Of a stretch of DNA of 64,000 nt, positions 10,500-19,783 are shown piece by piece. The notes under the pieces are model-generated. The model did no database searches. It was not told where the DNA came from and worked only from the letters and a program-made list of their open reading frames with translations. Made by a program: the position numbers and the translations under genes. Every line of letters starts with the position of its first letter. Positions within the stretch are counted from its first letter, which is position 1. The stretch spans positions 224,001 to 288,000 of the forward strand of contig CAWJQQ010000003.1 in the NCBI GenBank assembly GCA_963845065.1, given 5' to 3'. Source of the DNA: Nitrospirota bacterium. GTDB lineage: Bacteria > Nitrospirota > UBA9217.

Positions 10500-10611
10500 A
10501 TCAGGGCGAGAATCCCTGACGTTAACCGGCAACAGCACTGTTCGGCTGCCGTTATAGCTAGTATGGATAAAAAGCTATATTTTAGGAACGGTACTTTGAT
10601 AAGAGAGAAGT
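10250..10611 (+). ncRNA. Putative omega-RNA (right-end RNA) scaffold plus flank-derived guide; 5' boundary is a guess
   Basis: Hairpins TCAGGG/CCCTGA (10501-10519) and CGGCA/TGCCG (10527-10551) just inside the right end; position matches known TnpB omega-RNAs. Confidence 0.5.
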
Positions 10612-10679
10612 GAAGAACAGAGTAGAGGGCAAGGGGAAAGCCTTTTTTAAAATGTTCCAATTCTTTGCAGAGCTGTCAT

Positions 10680-11405
10680 ATGACGAAAGGTATTTTTATA
10701 ACTGGGACGGATACCGGCGTTGGTAAGACTTACATCGCCGAGCGACTTGCATCTGGTCTTCGCGATAAAGGCATAAACGTCGGTGTGATGAAACCCGCTG
10801 AAACCGGTTGCCGTAATCGAGCTGGAAGGCTGATCCCCAGCGACGCATTGCGCCTTATGAAGGCTGCGGGCAGTAATGACTCTCTTGCTCTTATCAACCC
10901 CTACAGATTTAAGGAACCACTGGCGCCATTCGTTGCCGCTCAACGCGCCGGGAAAAAGATCGATCCGAGAATAATTACACGCTCACTCAGGACACTATGC
11001 TCCAAGCATGACTTCATGGTCGTTGAAGGGGCAGGTGGTATCATGGTTCCGTTGACTCGTCGTTATACCTACCGTGACCTTGCTTATACGATGGCGCTTC
11101 CGGTTGTGATCGTAGCAAGGCCAGGTCTCGGGACTATTAACCATACTCTGTTGACTGTTTCTGCTCTTCGATTGAAGGACATCTCAATAGCAGGCATTAT
11201 TATCAATTTTGCCGATGATCGGAAAGCAGGATTGGCGGAGGAAACAAGCTTTTCAATAATCGCGAAAATATCAAAACTGCCGATTCTGGGCACTGTTTTT
11301 CACGGAGATGAGAATCTCGCGCGGATAGTAGGACGAATTCTATCACTTCCATGGTATGGCCAGGTAGGTGATAGGCAGACAATGACATGCAAGCATAGTG
11401 ATTAA
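10680..11405 (+). CDS. bioD: Dethiobiotin synthase
   Basis: FITGTDTGVGKT P-loop, MKPAETG, VVEGAGG, LGTINHTLL; ATG at 10680. Confidence 0.95.
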   Translation: MTKGIFITGTDTGVGKTYIAERLASGLRDKGINVGVMKPAETGCRNRAGRLIPSDALRLMKAAGSNDSLALINPYRFKEPLAPFVAAQRAGKKIDPRIITRSLRTLCSKHDFMVVEGAGGIMVPLTRRYTYRDLAYTMALPVVIVARPGLGTINHTLLTVSALRLKDISIAGIIINFADDRKAGLAEETSFSIIAKISKLPILGTVFHGDENLARIVGRILSLPWYGQVGDRQTMTCKHSD

Positions 11406-11752
11406 CATCCGACAGCAGGTTTGTTTTTTGCTGCCGGTTGTTTGGCGCCAAGACTCTTGATATAGAGGATAAGTGATTGCATTTCTATTGACTGTGGGTC
11501 CAGGGCCTTGCCCTTTATCGAGTGCGTAATACATCCATTTACGATCTGTTCGAGGTCACTCCTGATTCCAGCTTTTTGAATGTTTTGACCATCAGGGTGA
11601 CAGGTATTACATGATTTCCCAGTGGTGCCGAGCTTGGGATCATTAAATAATGCCTTACCTTTATCTATTGAAGCACCTTCTGCAGCAAATACGCTGCTGA
11701 TGCCAACTACTGTTACCAGAGCAATAAGAACAATCAGGGCGCCTCTCTTCAT
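11402..11752 (-). CDS. Exported monoheme c-type cytochrome
   Basis: Signal peptide, GKALFNDPKLG, CNTCH heme motif, GGAGG SD. Confidence 0.85.
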   Translation of the reverse strand: MKRGALIVLIALVTVVGISSVFAAEGASIDKGKALFNDPKLGTTGKSCNTCHPDGQNIQKAGIRSDLEQIVNGCITHSIKGKALDPQSIEMQSLILYIKSLGAKQPAAKNKPAVGC

Positions 11753-11938
11753 GTGATTACCTCCGAGAATGAATTCAGCGAAATTGACAAAAGGATAACA
11801 TACCTGCCAACTTTGTCAAGGCAAGTTCCATGAAAAATTGAGTTTATGGGACTATATGCCGATCTGTCTTATCTTTGGATTGACAAAACTAAGACGTACT
11901 GCTATCATTCCCACAGTTTTTTCACCCCCGAGGACTGA

Positions 11939-12736
11939 ATGGCGATTATTACACTAACAACTGATTATGGCGGTAGGGATGCTTTCGCGGCCAGCGTGAA
12001 GGGCGTTATACTTAAAATTAGCCCTCAAGCGCAGATCATAGACATTTCTAACGAAATCAGCCCTCAGGATATATGGGAAGCAGCATATACGTTGAAATCC
12101 GCTTACAATCATTTCCCGAAGGGAACAATTCATCTTGCCGTCGTCGACCCCGGTGTGGGCAGCGGCAGAAGACCGATCATTGCTGTAACTGAAGGTTTTT
12201 ACTTCGTTGGTCCTGATAACGGATTATTTAGCCTTATCTACCAGGAAGCGGAACGACTCAGGGTACATCACATCACCTCGACGCACTATTTTCTACCGAA
12301 TCCGGGCCCCACGTTTCATGGCAGAGACGTTTTTGCACCAGTTGCCGGTTGGCTTGCCAGAGGCATCCCATCTGGAAATTTCGGCGAAGAAATTACCGAT
12401 TACACTAAGTTGAATATCCCTTTGCCAAAAGTTAGCGGCAGCAGCATTGAAGGCAACATTGTTCATATTGACCGATTTGGAAACCTAATAACGAACATTA
12501 CCAGTACAAATATCAAGCCGCTCATGTCCGAAGGTACTGATTTAAGTACCGCCACAGTCACTATCGCTGGCAAAGAAATAAAGGGATTAAAAAAATATTA
12601 TGCAGAAGCGACCCCAGGTGAGCCTGGAGCAATTGTAAACAGCTCAGGTGCTCTCGAAATATTTCTATACAGACATAATGCCCGTACCGCACTGGCAATT
12701 AAGCGCGGAGAAGTCGTACGTTTGCAAATTTCGTGA
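11939..12736 (+). CDS. DUF62 family SAM hydrolase (SAM hydroxide adenosyltransferase / chlorinase-fluorinase superfamily)
   Basis: ITLTTDYG, VVDPGVGSGRR, GPDNG, TFHGRDVFAP, IDRFGNLITN. Confidence 0.92.
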   Translation: MAIITLTTDYGGRDAFAASVKGVILKISPQAQIIDISNEISPQDIWEAAYTLKSAYNHFPKGTIHLAVVDPGVGSGRRPIIAVTEGFYFVGPDNGLFSLIYQEAERLRVHHITSTHYFLPNPGPTFHGRDVFAPVAGWLARGIPSGNFGEEITDYTKLNIPLPKVSGSSIEGNIVHIDRFGNLITNITSTNIKPLMSEGTDLSTATVTIAGKEIKGLKKYYAEATPGEPGAIVNSSGALEIFLYRHNARTALAIKRGEVVRLQIS

Positions 12737-12817
12737 TAATGCTCATCATTGTTCTTCCATTCGGTTCTTTCTGAGTTACCTCTTGTTTAACTCCTATCAG
12801 CGTATTATAATGTGCCC

Positions 12818-14129
12818 ATGAAATCATTCCATATCATTACTTTCGGATGCCAAATGAATGAACATGATTCCGAGCGGATGACGGGAATCCTTGAAGAGAG
12901 GGGTTGCTCTTCATTATCCCACGCCGATAGTGCGGACATGATAATTCTGAATACGTGCAGTATTCGTGAAAAAGCGGAACAAAAATTTTATAGTGAGCTC
13001 GGCAGGCTGAAGCATTTAAAGGCTCTCAACCCCCGACTTAAAATAGCAGTCGCCGGATGCATCGCCCAGCAGGAAGGCGACAAAATTATTACCCGTGCAC
13101 CTTATGTCGATATGGTATTTGGTCCCTCCGATATAGGAAAACTGTCATTGTTGGTAGATCAGAAACTTTCGCGATCAGCTCCTTTAATCGACACTACTGG
13201 AGATCCCGATTACCATCGAAAACGTATTCCGACTGCACGCGCCGGCAGCGTTAAAGCATGGGTTTCTATCATGTATGGATGCGATAATTATTGTACCTAC
13301 TGCGTTGTGCCCTATCTTCGAGGCAGAGAACGGTCTCGTCGTCCAAACGACATACTGAATGAAGTCCGCGAACTTGCACAGAAAGGGTTTTAAAGAAGTG
13401 ACATTGCTGGGCCAGAACGTGAATTCTTATGGCAAAGGCCTGGATGAAGATATTGAGTTTCCGGACCTCCTGCAGCGGGTGAATGAGATCGATGGCATCG
13501 AGCGCGTCAGGTTTGTAACTTCACATCCTCGCGACTTATCGGACAAACTAATGGTCGCGCTTCGAGATATTCCTAAGGTCTGCGAAGCATTACACTTACC
13601 TGTCCAGAGCGGCTCAGATCGCATTCTTTCCTCCATGAACAGGAAATATTCCCGAGACGAATATCTGGACAGGATAAGAAAATTACGTATGTTGGTTCCT
13701 GATATTGCGCTGACTACGGATGTCATTGTTGGGTTCCCGGGTGAGAGAGATGAGGATTTTGAAATGACAATGCAATTGCTTAAGGATGTTCGCTACGACG
13801 GCATATTTGCATTTAAATATTCAAAGAGGCCGGGAACCATCGCGCTAACGCTGACAGGCCATTTGCCGGAAGACATAAAAGAAAAAAGGCTTGATCGGGT
13901 TCTGTCACTCCAGAAAGAAATAATGATTGAAAAAAATAAAACACAGATAGGTACTGTCAGAGAAATACTTATCGACGGCATCAGCAAAAAGGGCGGGAAA
14001 CTTACTGGAAGAACTCGGGAAAACAAGGTGGTAAATGTTAAAGCTCCCTCCTCGCTTATCGGCTCTCTTGTCAGAGTATTAGTAACCGCCGCTGGATTAA
14101 ACTCCTTTACTGGCCAGTTATGCGAATAG
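12818..14129 (+). CDS. miaB: tRNA-i6A37 methylthiotransferase, split by one frameshift near 13385-13392
   Basis: TFGCQMNEHDSE, NTCSIREKAEQK, GCDNYCTYCVVP, continuing as KEVTLLGQNVNSY...HLPVQSGS and a TRAM domain in the next frame. Confidence 0.9.
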
Positions 14130-15397
14130 CTTTTACAACCCTTGGATGCAAGATTAACCAATACGAAACGGACATATTAAGCCGGGACTTTGAGGCGCGG
14201 GGTAACGCGATCGTACCCTTTGATGCCGAGGCTGATGTCTATATCATCAATACCTGTTCAGTCACTGCAAAAAGCGATTACCAGTGCCGTCAGATTGTTA
14301 GATCAGCGGTACGACGCGGTAGGGGAGCAAAAGTTGTCGTTACCGGATGCTATGCTTCTACTCGGCCCGACGATATAAAAAAAATATCAGGGGTAGATTT
14401 CGTGTTTGAAAATCGTGATAAAGCGTTAATTTCTGAGCAAATCATGACATCTTTTGCTGTTCCGAAACATGGCGGACGTTTAATAAAGAACAATACCCAG
14501 GTATCGTCCGTCCAAAACAGGACACGCGGTATTCTCAAGGTTCAGGACGGATGTAACAACCGCTGTTCATATTGCATCGTACCACTTGCCCGAGGCAACT
14601 CTCGCAGTGTTTATCCTGAGGAAGTGATCAAGGAATTTGATCATCTTGTGCAGAATGGGTGTCCTGAGATAGTACTCACAGGCATTCATATCGGCTCTTA
14701 TGGTGTTGATCTTCCTTCGCAGACAGATCTCACAAGTTTGGTCAAAATGCTAATTGCTAAGCAGGGAGAATCTCGTATACGCCTTAGTTCCATCGAACCA
14801 AGTGAAATAACAGACGCGATTATTAATATGCTCGGCTCCGGTCTCTGCAGACATCTACATGTCCCACTTCAGAGCGGTGATGATACTATTTTGATGTCAA
14901 TGAAGCGCGATTATTCCGCAGGTTTTTATCTTGAACTGCTCAAACGGATTGCGAATCAAATTTCTGGCATCGCACTCGGAGCGGACGTTATGGTTGGATA
15001 TCCTGGAGAAGGGGACATCGCATTTAATAATACGCTAGAACTCGTAGACAAAACACCTCTCACGCATTTGCACGTTTTCAGCTACTCGCCGCGTCCGGGA
15101 ACAGAAGCAGCCAATATGAAAAATCAGGTACCTGAACATGTAAAAAAGAAACGTAGCGAAGAACTACGTAACCTGGGCATGAAAAAGAACCTTATATTTA
15201 GACAGAAGCATGTTGGTGTTGCATTAAAGGTTGTTATTGAGGACAAAGCTGACGCTGAATCCGGACTGCTTTCGGGTCTCACGGATAACTATATAAGAGT
15301 GCAAGTTTTGGGTGCTAAGGAGGTCCATATCGGCAAGAAAATCACTGTAATCATTAAAGATATAAAAACAGAGGGAAATTTCGCAGAAATATTATAA
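14120..15397 (+). CDS. mtaB: tRNA t6A37 methylthiotransferase
   Basis: TLGCKINQYE, INTCSVT, KVQDGCNNRCSYCIVP, RLSSIEP, HVFSYSPRPGT, GLTDNY. Confidence 0.9.
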   Translation: MRIAFTTLGCKINQYETDILSRDFEARGNAIVPFDAEADVYIINTCSVTAKSDYQCRQIVRSAVRRGRGAKVVVTGCYASTRPDDIKKISGVDFVFENRDKALISEQIMTSFAVPKHGGRLIKNNTQVSSVQNRTRGILKVQDGCNNRCSYCIVPLARGNSRSVYPEEVIKEFDHLVQNGCPEIVLTGIHIGSYGVDLPSQTDLTSLVKMLIAKQGESRIRLSSIEPSEITDAIINMLGSGLCRHLHVPLQSGDDTILMSMKRDYSAGFYLELLKRIANQISGIALGADVMVGYPGEGDIAFNNTLELVDKTPLTHLHVFSYSPRPGTEAANMKNQVPEHVKKKRSEELRNLGMKKNLIFRQKHVGVALKVVIEDKADAESGLLSGLTDNYIRVQVLGAKEVHIGKKITVIIKDIKTEGNFAEIL

Positions 15398-15478
15398 AAT
15401 ATTGATATTAAACGATAATTGGTGTCTATTTATTATGCAAATTACATTTTCGTTACGGATGTAGCATCTAAAAAAAAG

Positions 15479-15525
15479 ATATTAACAGACTTAATAACAG
15501 GTTATCCACATGCTTTGTGTAAAGC
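15479..15525. promoter_or_regulatory. DnaA box with adjacent degenerate boxes
   Basis: Perfect TTATCCACA at 15502-15510, preceded by ATATTAACA and TTAATAACA and followed by inverted TGTGTAAAG, in an AT-rich convergent intergenic region. Confidence 0.45.
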
Positions 15526-15672
15526 AAAGATAAGCCCTTAGTTCTTTAGTGATTTTTTATGGTAGTAAAGAATTGTTTTAAAAAATGGGACTTGCATAAT
15601 ATTAAGTGTGTTTTTTTTCAAGGGGAAAATAACAGAGCGTGATCAGGGATGTTACCTTTCTTTCACCTAACA

Positions 15673-16758
15673 TTATAATTTGAGATCATACTTCTTCAGA
15701 ATATTGTATCTTGTATTGCGCTGAGCAGGCACATATCCTGCATCTCTGATGACATTCATGATTTCTTGTTTGGTCATTCTGAAAGTTACTCCTGCTGCTG
15801 CAACGACATTCTCTTCGATCATGGTGCTGCCGAAATCATTAGCGCCGAATTCCAATGCCACTTGAGCAATTTTCGCGCCTTGCGTTACCCAGGACGCCTG
15901 GATATTATCAAAATTGTCGAGCATGACGCGAGAGAGGGCAAGCACTTTCAAATATTCAACTGCAGTGGCTGACCTGCCCCCTAATTCCGTATGGCCTGGT
16001 TGGTATGTCCAAGGGATAAAGGCAGTAAACCCGCGGGTCTCATCCTGGATATCCCGGAGCCTAACCAAATGTTGAATTATTTCCTTGTCTGTTTCCAAAC
16101 TGCCAAACATCATAGTGGCGGTCGTTGGCATTCCGATTTTCTGGGCAGTCCTCATCACCTCTGCCCATTGCTTCCAACGAATTTTATTCGGACTCACTTT
16201 TTTTCTGACTCTGTCAACGAGGATCTCGGCGCCGCCGCCGGGAATCGAATCAAGGCCTGAGGCCCTGAGGCGTGCTAGAGTATCGAGAACGCTTGTATCT
16301 GCTTTCTTCGCAAGAAAAGAGATTTCGGCAGGGGAAAGAGAATGTATCTGGATAGTGAAGCGTTCTTTAATGGATGCGAACAGATCTTCGAAGTACTCAA
16401 TGCCAAGATCGGGATGTACACCGCCCTGCATAAGGATTTGTGTTCCGCCTTGCGCAACCGTTTCCTCTATTTTCCTGAAAATTTCCTCTTTTGACAGGAT
16501 GTAAGCTTCAGGGCTTTCAGCATCGCGGTAGAATGCGCAGAATTTACATCTATTTATGCATATGTTCGTGTAATTGATGTTCCTGTCAACAATAAAGGTC
16601 ACGAGATGTTCCGGATGCAGACGTTGCCGTATGCTGTTTGCCAGCTCGCCCAAAGTTAGGAGATCAGATTGTTTAAAGAGAACAAAACCTTCCTCTGCAT
16701 CGAGGCGTCTTCCTTGTGATAAGTTTTTAATGACTTTTCTATAATCCGTGTTCATCAC
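15673..16758 (-). CDS. mqnC: Cyclic dehypoxanthinyl futalosine synthase
   Basis: DRNINYTNICINRCKFCAF, SIPGGGAEIL, IQASWVTQG, GANDFGSTMIEENVV. Confidence 0.92.
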   Translation of the reverse strand: MMNTDYRKVIKNLSQGRRLDAEEGFVLFKQSDLLTLGELANSIRQRLHPEHLVTFIVDRNINYTNICINRCKFCAFYRDAESPEAYILSKEEIFRKIEETVAQGGTQILMQGGVHPDLGIEYFEDLFASIKERFTIQIHSLSPAEISFLAKKADTSVLDTLARLRASGLDSIPGGGAEILVDRVRKKVSPNKIRWKQWAEVMRTAQKIGMPTTATMMFGSLETDKEIIQHLVRLRDIQDETRGFTAFIPWTYQPGHTELGGRSATAVEYLKVLALSRVMLDNFDNIQASWVTQGAKIAQVALEFGANDFGSTMIEENVVAAAGVTFRMTKQEIMNVIRDAGYVPAQRNTRYNILKKYDLKL

Positions 16759-16786
16759 AATACATACGTGGTTGCAAGTCTCATTA

Positions 16787-17869
16787 TTATTTCCACACTT
16801 TCACAACATTGTAGACGGTATCGCGTTCTACCGGAATTCTTCCTGCCTGTTTGATGAGGTAAACAATATCGTCTTTGGTCATACTACCGTCGGTGGTTCC
16901 GCCTGCAGCCTTGGTAATCCGTTCCTCGACCACAGTCCCGTCCAGATCATCCACTCCGAAGTTCAGTGATACCTGAGCAATCTTCTCTCCTAGCATAACC
17001 CAGTAGGCCTTAATATGGTCAAAGTTATCGAGCATGAGCCGGGAGATGGCGAGCGTTTTGAGATCGTCGAATCCCGTCGTATACGCAGATTTTTTGATCT
17101 CTGTGTTCTTGGAATGGAAACTTAAAGGAATAAACGCCTGGAACCCGTTGGTTTGATCCTGGAGCTTACGGAGTTTCAGAAGATGGTCAATTCTATGCTC
17201 ATAGGTCTCAATATGGCCATAAAGCATTGTTGCGTTTGATTTGAGCCCGATATTGTGCGCAGCTTTGATCACCTCAAGCCATCTGTCACCACTGATTTTC
17301 TCGGCACAAAGACTATTCCGTACGGCGGAATCGAATATTTCCGCTCCACCGCCGGGAAGAGAGCCAAGACCGGCATCTTTAAGCTTTAGCAAAGTATCAG
17401 TGAGATTTTTGCCGGAAAGTTTTGAGAGGTAGTCGATCTCCACAGCAGTAAAAGCCTTAAGATGGACCTTTGGGAATTCTTTTTTTAGCGCCTTGAGCAT
17501 GTCCAAATACCACTCGAAGGGCAAGTCCGGGTGAAGACCGGATACGATATGGAACTCACGTACGCCTCTTCCAGCGCTCCGGCCTTTATTGAGAATATCC
17601 TCGATGCTCATCTCGTATGCGCCGGGCTCGCCTTTGCTTTTGCTGAACGCGCAGAACTTGCAGCGATTCACGCAGATATTCGTTGGATTGATGTGCATGT
17701 TCTGGACGAAATGCACACGGTTACCGTTCTTTTGCTGCGCAACATGTGTCGCGATGCGTCCGAGAGAAAGGAGATCGTTCGATTTGAACAGTTCTATCCC
17801 CTCTTTACGAGTGAGGCGACGATTGGAGTAGACTTTTTCTTTGATATGATCTTTTAACATATCTCGCAT
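16787..17869 (-). CDS. mqnE: Aminofutalosine synthase
   Basis: HINPTNICVNRCKFCAF, KAFTAVEI, SNATMLYGHIE, HIKAYWVM, DLDGTVVEERI. Confidence 0.92.
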   Translation of the reverse strand: MRDMLKDHIKEKVYSNRRLTRKEGIELFKSNDLLSLGRIATHVAQQKNGNRVHFVQNMHINPTNICVNRCKFCAFSKSKGEPGAYEMSIEDILNKGRSAGRGVREFHIVSGLHPDLPFEWYLDMLKALKKEFPKVHLKAFTAVEIDYLSKLSGKNLTDTLLKLKDAGLGSLPGGGAEIFDSAVRNSLCAEKISGDRWLEVIKAAHNIGLKSNATMLYGHIETYEHRIDHLLKLRKLQDQTNGFQAFIPLSFHSKNTEIKKSAYTTGFDDLKTLAISRLMLDNFDHIKAYWVMLGEKIAQVSLNFGVDDLDGTVVEERITKAAGGTTDGSMTKDDIVYLIKQAGRIPVERDTVYNVVKVWK

Positions 17870-17912
17870 CGGATTTTTTTGAGGTGTGGTGATATTTATT
17901 TGAACGCAGCGA

Positions 17913-18218
17913 TTATGGTTTTTCCGTCAACATTCCCGTTGCAGGATCGTAATCGAATTTGTCGCTTTTCAACGTCAGCCCATTGAATGCCGCTACTTCA
18001 TTCAAGTCCGCAGGATACCTGCCGTTAGCAGCGTTGAATTCCTGGATAGATTTCTGGACTTGCTCGACATTTACTGCAGCATCGAGCTTCTTTGCGCTTT
18101 TTAGGGATTGGACCACGGTGTTCCCGTATTGTTGGACCGGATTCTTATCATCCTTGCATGAAGAAAATGCAAGTAGTAGTGTGACTACCAAGACAGCTCC
18201 AACGAAAGTTATTTTCAT
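17913..18218 (-). CDS. Small hypothetical lipoprotein
   Basis: Hydrophobic signal ending FSSC; GRYPADL segment resembles pseudopilin-like domains. Confidence 0.6.
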   Translation of the reverse strand: MKITFVGAVLVVTLLLAFSSCKDDKNPVQQYGNTVVQSLKSAKKLDAAVNVEQVQKSIQEFNAANGRYPADLNEVAAFNGLTLKSDKFDYDPATGMLTEKP

Positions 18219-18267
18219 AGCTCTTTACCGTGTCGTGAAGTTAAGTCTCAAGTCTCTTCGAGGGAAT

Positions 18268-19488
18268 TCAGGCTCGAAAAAGAATCTTTCCATTTACCAT
18301 AGTCATAATACAGGATTTTGTTTCTCTGAGCAAGTCGGAATAGAGGTCGCCAGTATTTTTTTTCGGCAGCGGCACAGCAATGATATCCGCTTTTTTCCCG
18401 GGTTCAAGAGTGCCAATCTTTTTGTCCAATCCGAGAGCCTTTGCGCCGCTGATGGTTGCAAGCTTAAATATTTCAAGGGGAGTGATGCCGTCCCGACGAT
18501 GGATTCTATAGGCATATCGCATCTCGTCCCACATGTTGAGACTGGGGACACTTGCCAGGCTGTCGGTCCCCAATCCGACGGTTACCCCCGCATCCAGCAG
18601 TCTCTTAAGCGGCATATTTCCCAACGCCAAGCTCTTTGTTGCTTCTTGGACAATGCGCGACAGATGTTCGTGATTTTTTGATCAGTCGGACATCTTTGTC
18701 TGTTACCTGGACCGCATGCACTGCCAAAAGGAGAGGGGAGAGCAGACCAATTTTATGCAAAAAATCGATTGATGTTGATCCCTTCGGTGCTAAGTCAAGG
18801 TCCCAATGTGCGAATTGATAGAGTTTTTCAAGGCCGCCTTTTTTTTGTTGTAGCAACTTTATCTCATCTTTTGATTCCGCAACGTGCATGGAGAGCTTGA
18901 TTTGTCTTTCAGGTGCATATTTAGTGATCTTACGCAGGATTTTTTCTGATACCGTGTACGGGGCATGCGGAGATAGGCCATATTCCATTAACGCCGAATC
19001 TGTCTTATTGGATAAAAGGCATTTTGCCTCTGGTCTCATTTCGATGATTTCCCGATATACAATAGATCGCATCCCGCTCTTTTTCAAGATTGCCGGACTT
19101 CACCGTGCGTGCATATCTCGCCGACTGTGGTTGTTCCTGTCTGGATAAGGGTGCTGATGTTTTCAATTACAGAAGACGTATAATCGTCATGGCTTAATTT
19201 TTTTTTAGCTTGAATAAGATTCAATACCCATTCAGAAAAGGTATGAGCTTGAATGGATTCCAATAAATTAGGGAGTTCAAGATGCGCATGAATATTAAGC
19301 AAACCTGGCAGTAATACAGCTTTCGGTAGATTCACAATAGGATGATGTCGAAATTTGCTTATGATGATTGCAGATGGTCCTACAGCCTCGATTATCCCAT
19401 TAGTGATTACAATAGACCCATCTTCAATTGGATCTGGATTTTTAGTACAAGTTATGATTTTTAAATGCGATACGATCATAAAGTTCAA
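18268..19488 (-). pseudogene. Amidohydrolase, probable aminodeoxyfutalosine deaminase, in three frames (true pseudogene or sequence error)
   Basis: PGLLNIHAHLEL (19488..19084), SPHAPYTVS/MHVAES/HCPRSN (19087..18605) and GLGTDSLAS/GKKADII (18630..18268) form one domain; upstream of mqnE/mqnC. Confidence 0.8.
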
Positions 19489-19539
19489 TGAATGTTAGAT
19501 GCTACCATTTGATCATTATCTTGTCAAGCAAACACAAAT

Positions 19540-19577
19540 TGACATAATTTGTCATCCAGTATGACAAATATAGGTCA
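19540..19577. promoter_or_regulatory. Tandem palindromic enhancer-like sites (candidate PilR-type activator sites)
   Basis: TGACA-N5-TGTCA at 19540-19554 and TGACA-N6-GGTCA at 19562-19577, 50-90 bp upstream of a sigma-54 motif. Confidence 0.55.
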
Positions 19578-19627
19578 TGATTTATATATATCGAGATATA
19601 ACCTATTGATAATGTGACATATTAAAT

Positions 19628-19643
19628 TGGCATGCATCGTGCA
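19628..19643 (+). promoter_or_regulatory. Sigma-54 (-24/-12) promoter of pilA
   Basis: TGGCATGCATCGTGCA has GG-N10-GC spacing; pilA genes are typically RpoN-dependent. Confidence 0.7.
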
Positions 19644-19783
19644 GGAAATATTAGAAATTTAAGAATAATACGCGAAAGGATTATGAGAGGGAGGTGAAAA
19701 GTTCCATAACTGGCTTTTAGTATAGACACTGGTGAAAAGAGATTCGGAATCGTTAAAAATCATATTTTATAGGAGGTTCTCAA

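Larger units (their letters stand above)
8186..10591 (+). mobile_element. IS607-family insertion sequence (tnpA + tnpB); left boundary approximate
   Basis: Serine recombinase and TnpB overlap by 14 bp; direct repeats GTATATTATAG (8212), CTATAATATAG (8232) and CTATATTTTAG (10575) at both ends; right end TTTAGGAACGG ends in GG; left GG at 8186-8187 or 8190-8191. Confidence 0.85.
8062..10678. mobile_element. Composite insertion between bioF and bioD: about 215 bp non-coding MITE-like host sequence containing the IS607 element
   Basis: Flanked by TAT at 8059-8061 and 10679-10681; removing it plus one TAT gives CTA-TGA/ATG-ACG, an ATGA-coupled bioF-bioD junction; weak terminal similarity (AGACGGTC vs TGACAGCTC). 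Confidence 0.5.

Noticed and set aside
8064..10680. CRISPR array or cas genes next to the large TnpB (Cas12-like system)
   Set aside because: No repeat-spacer array or cas1/cas2 seen; the partner gene is an IS607 serine recombinase.
11939..12736. Fluorinase/chlorinase natural-product gene
   Set aside because: It has the Asp/Arg/His-type motifs (DPGVG, RR, TFHGRD) of the common DUF62 hydrolases and no biosynthetic context.
13378..13395. Programmed ribosomal frameshift in miaB
   Set aside because: I know of no precedent in miaB; a single extra base in short homopolymers, with other indels nearby, points to error.
19644..19783. GEMM-I (c-di-GMP/cGAMP) riboswitch upstream of pilA or the REC-PilZ genes
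   Set aside because: I could not find the GEMM stem and GNRA-receptor pattern by eye; a covariance search would be needed to exclude it.
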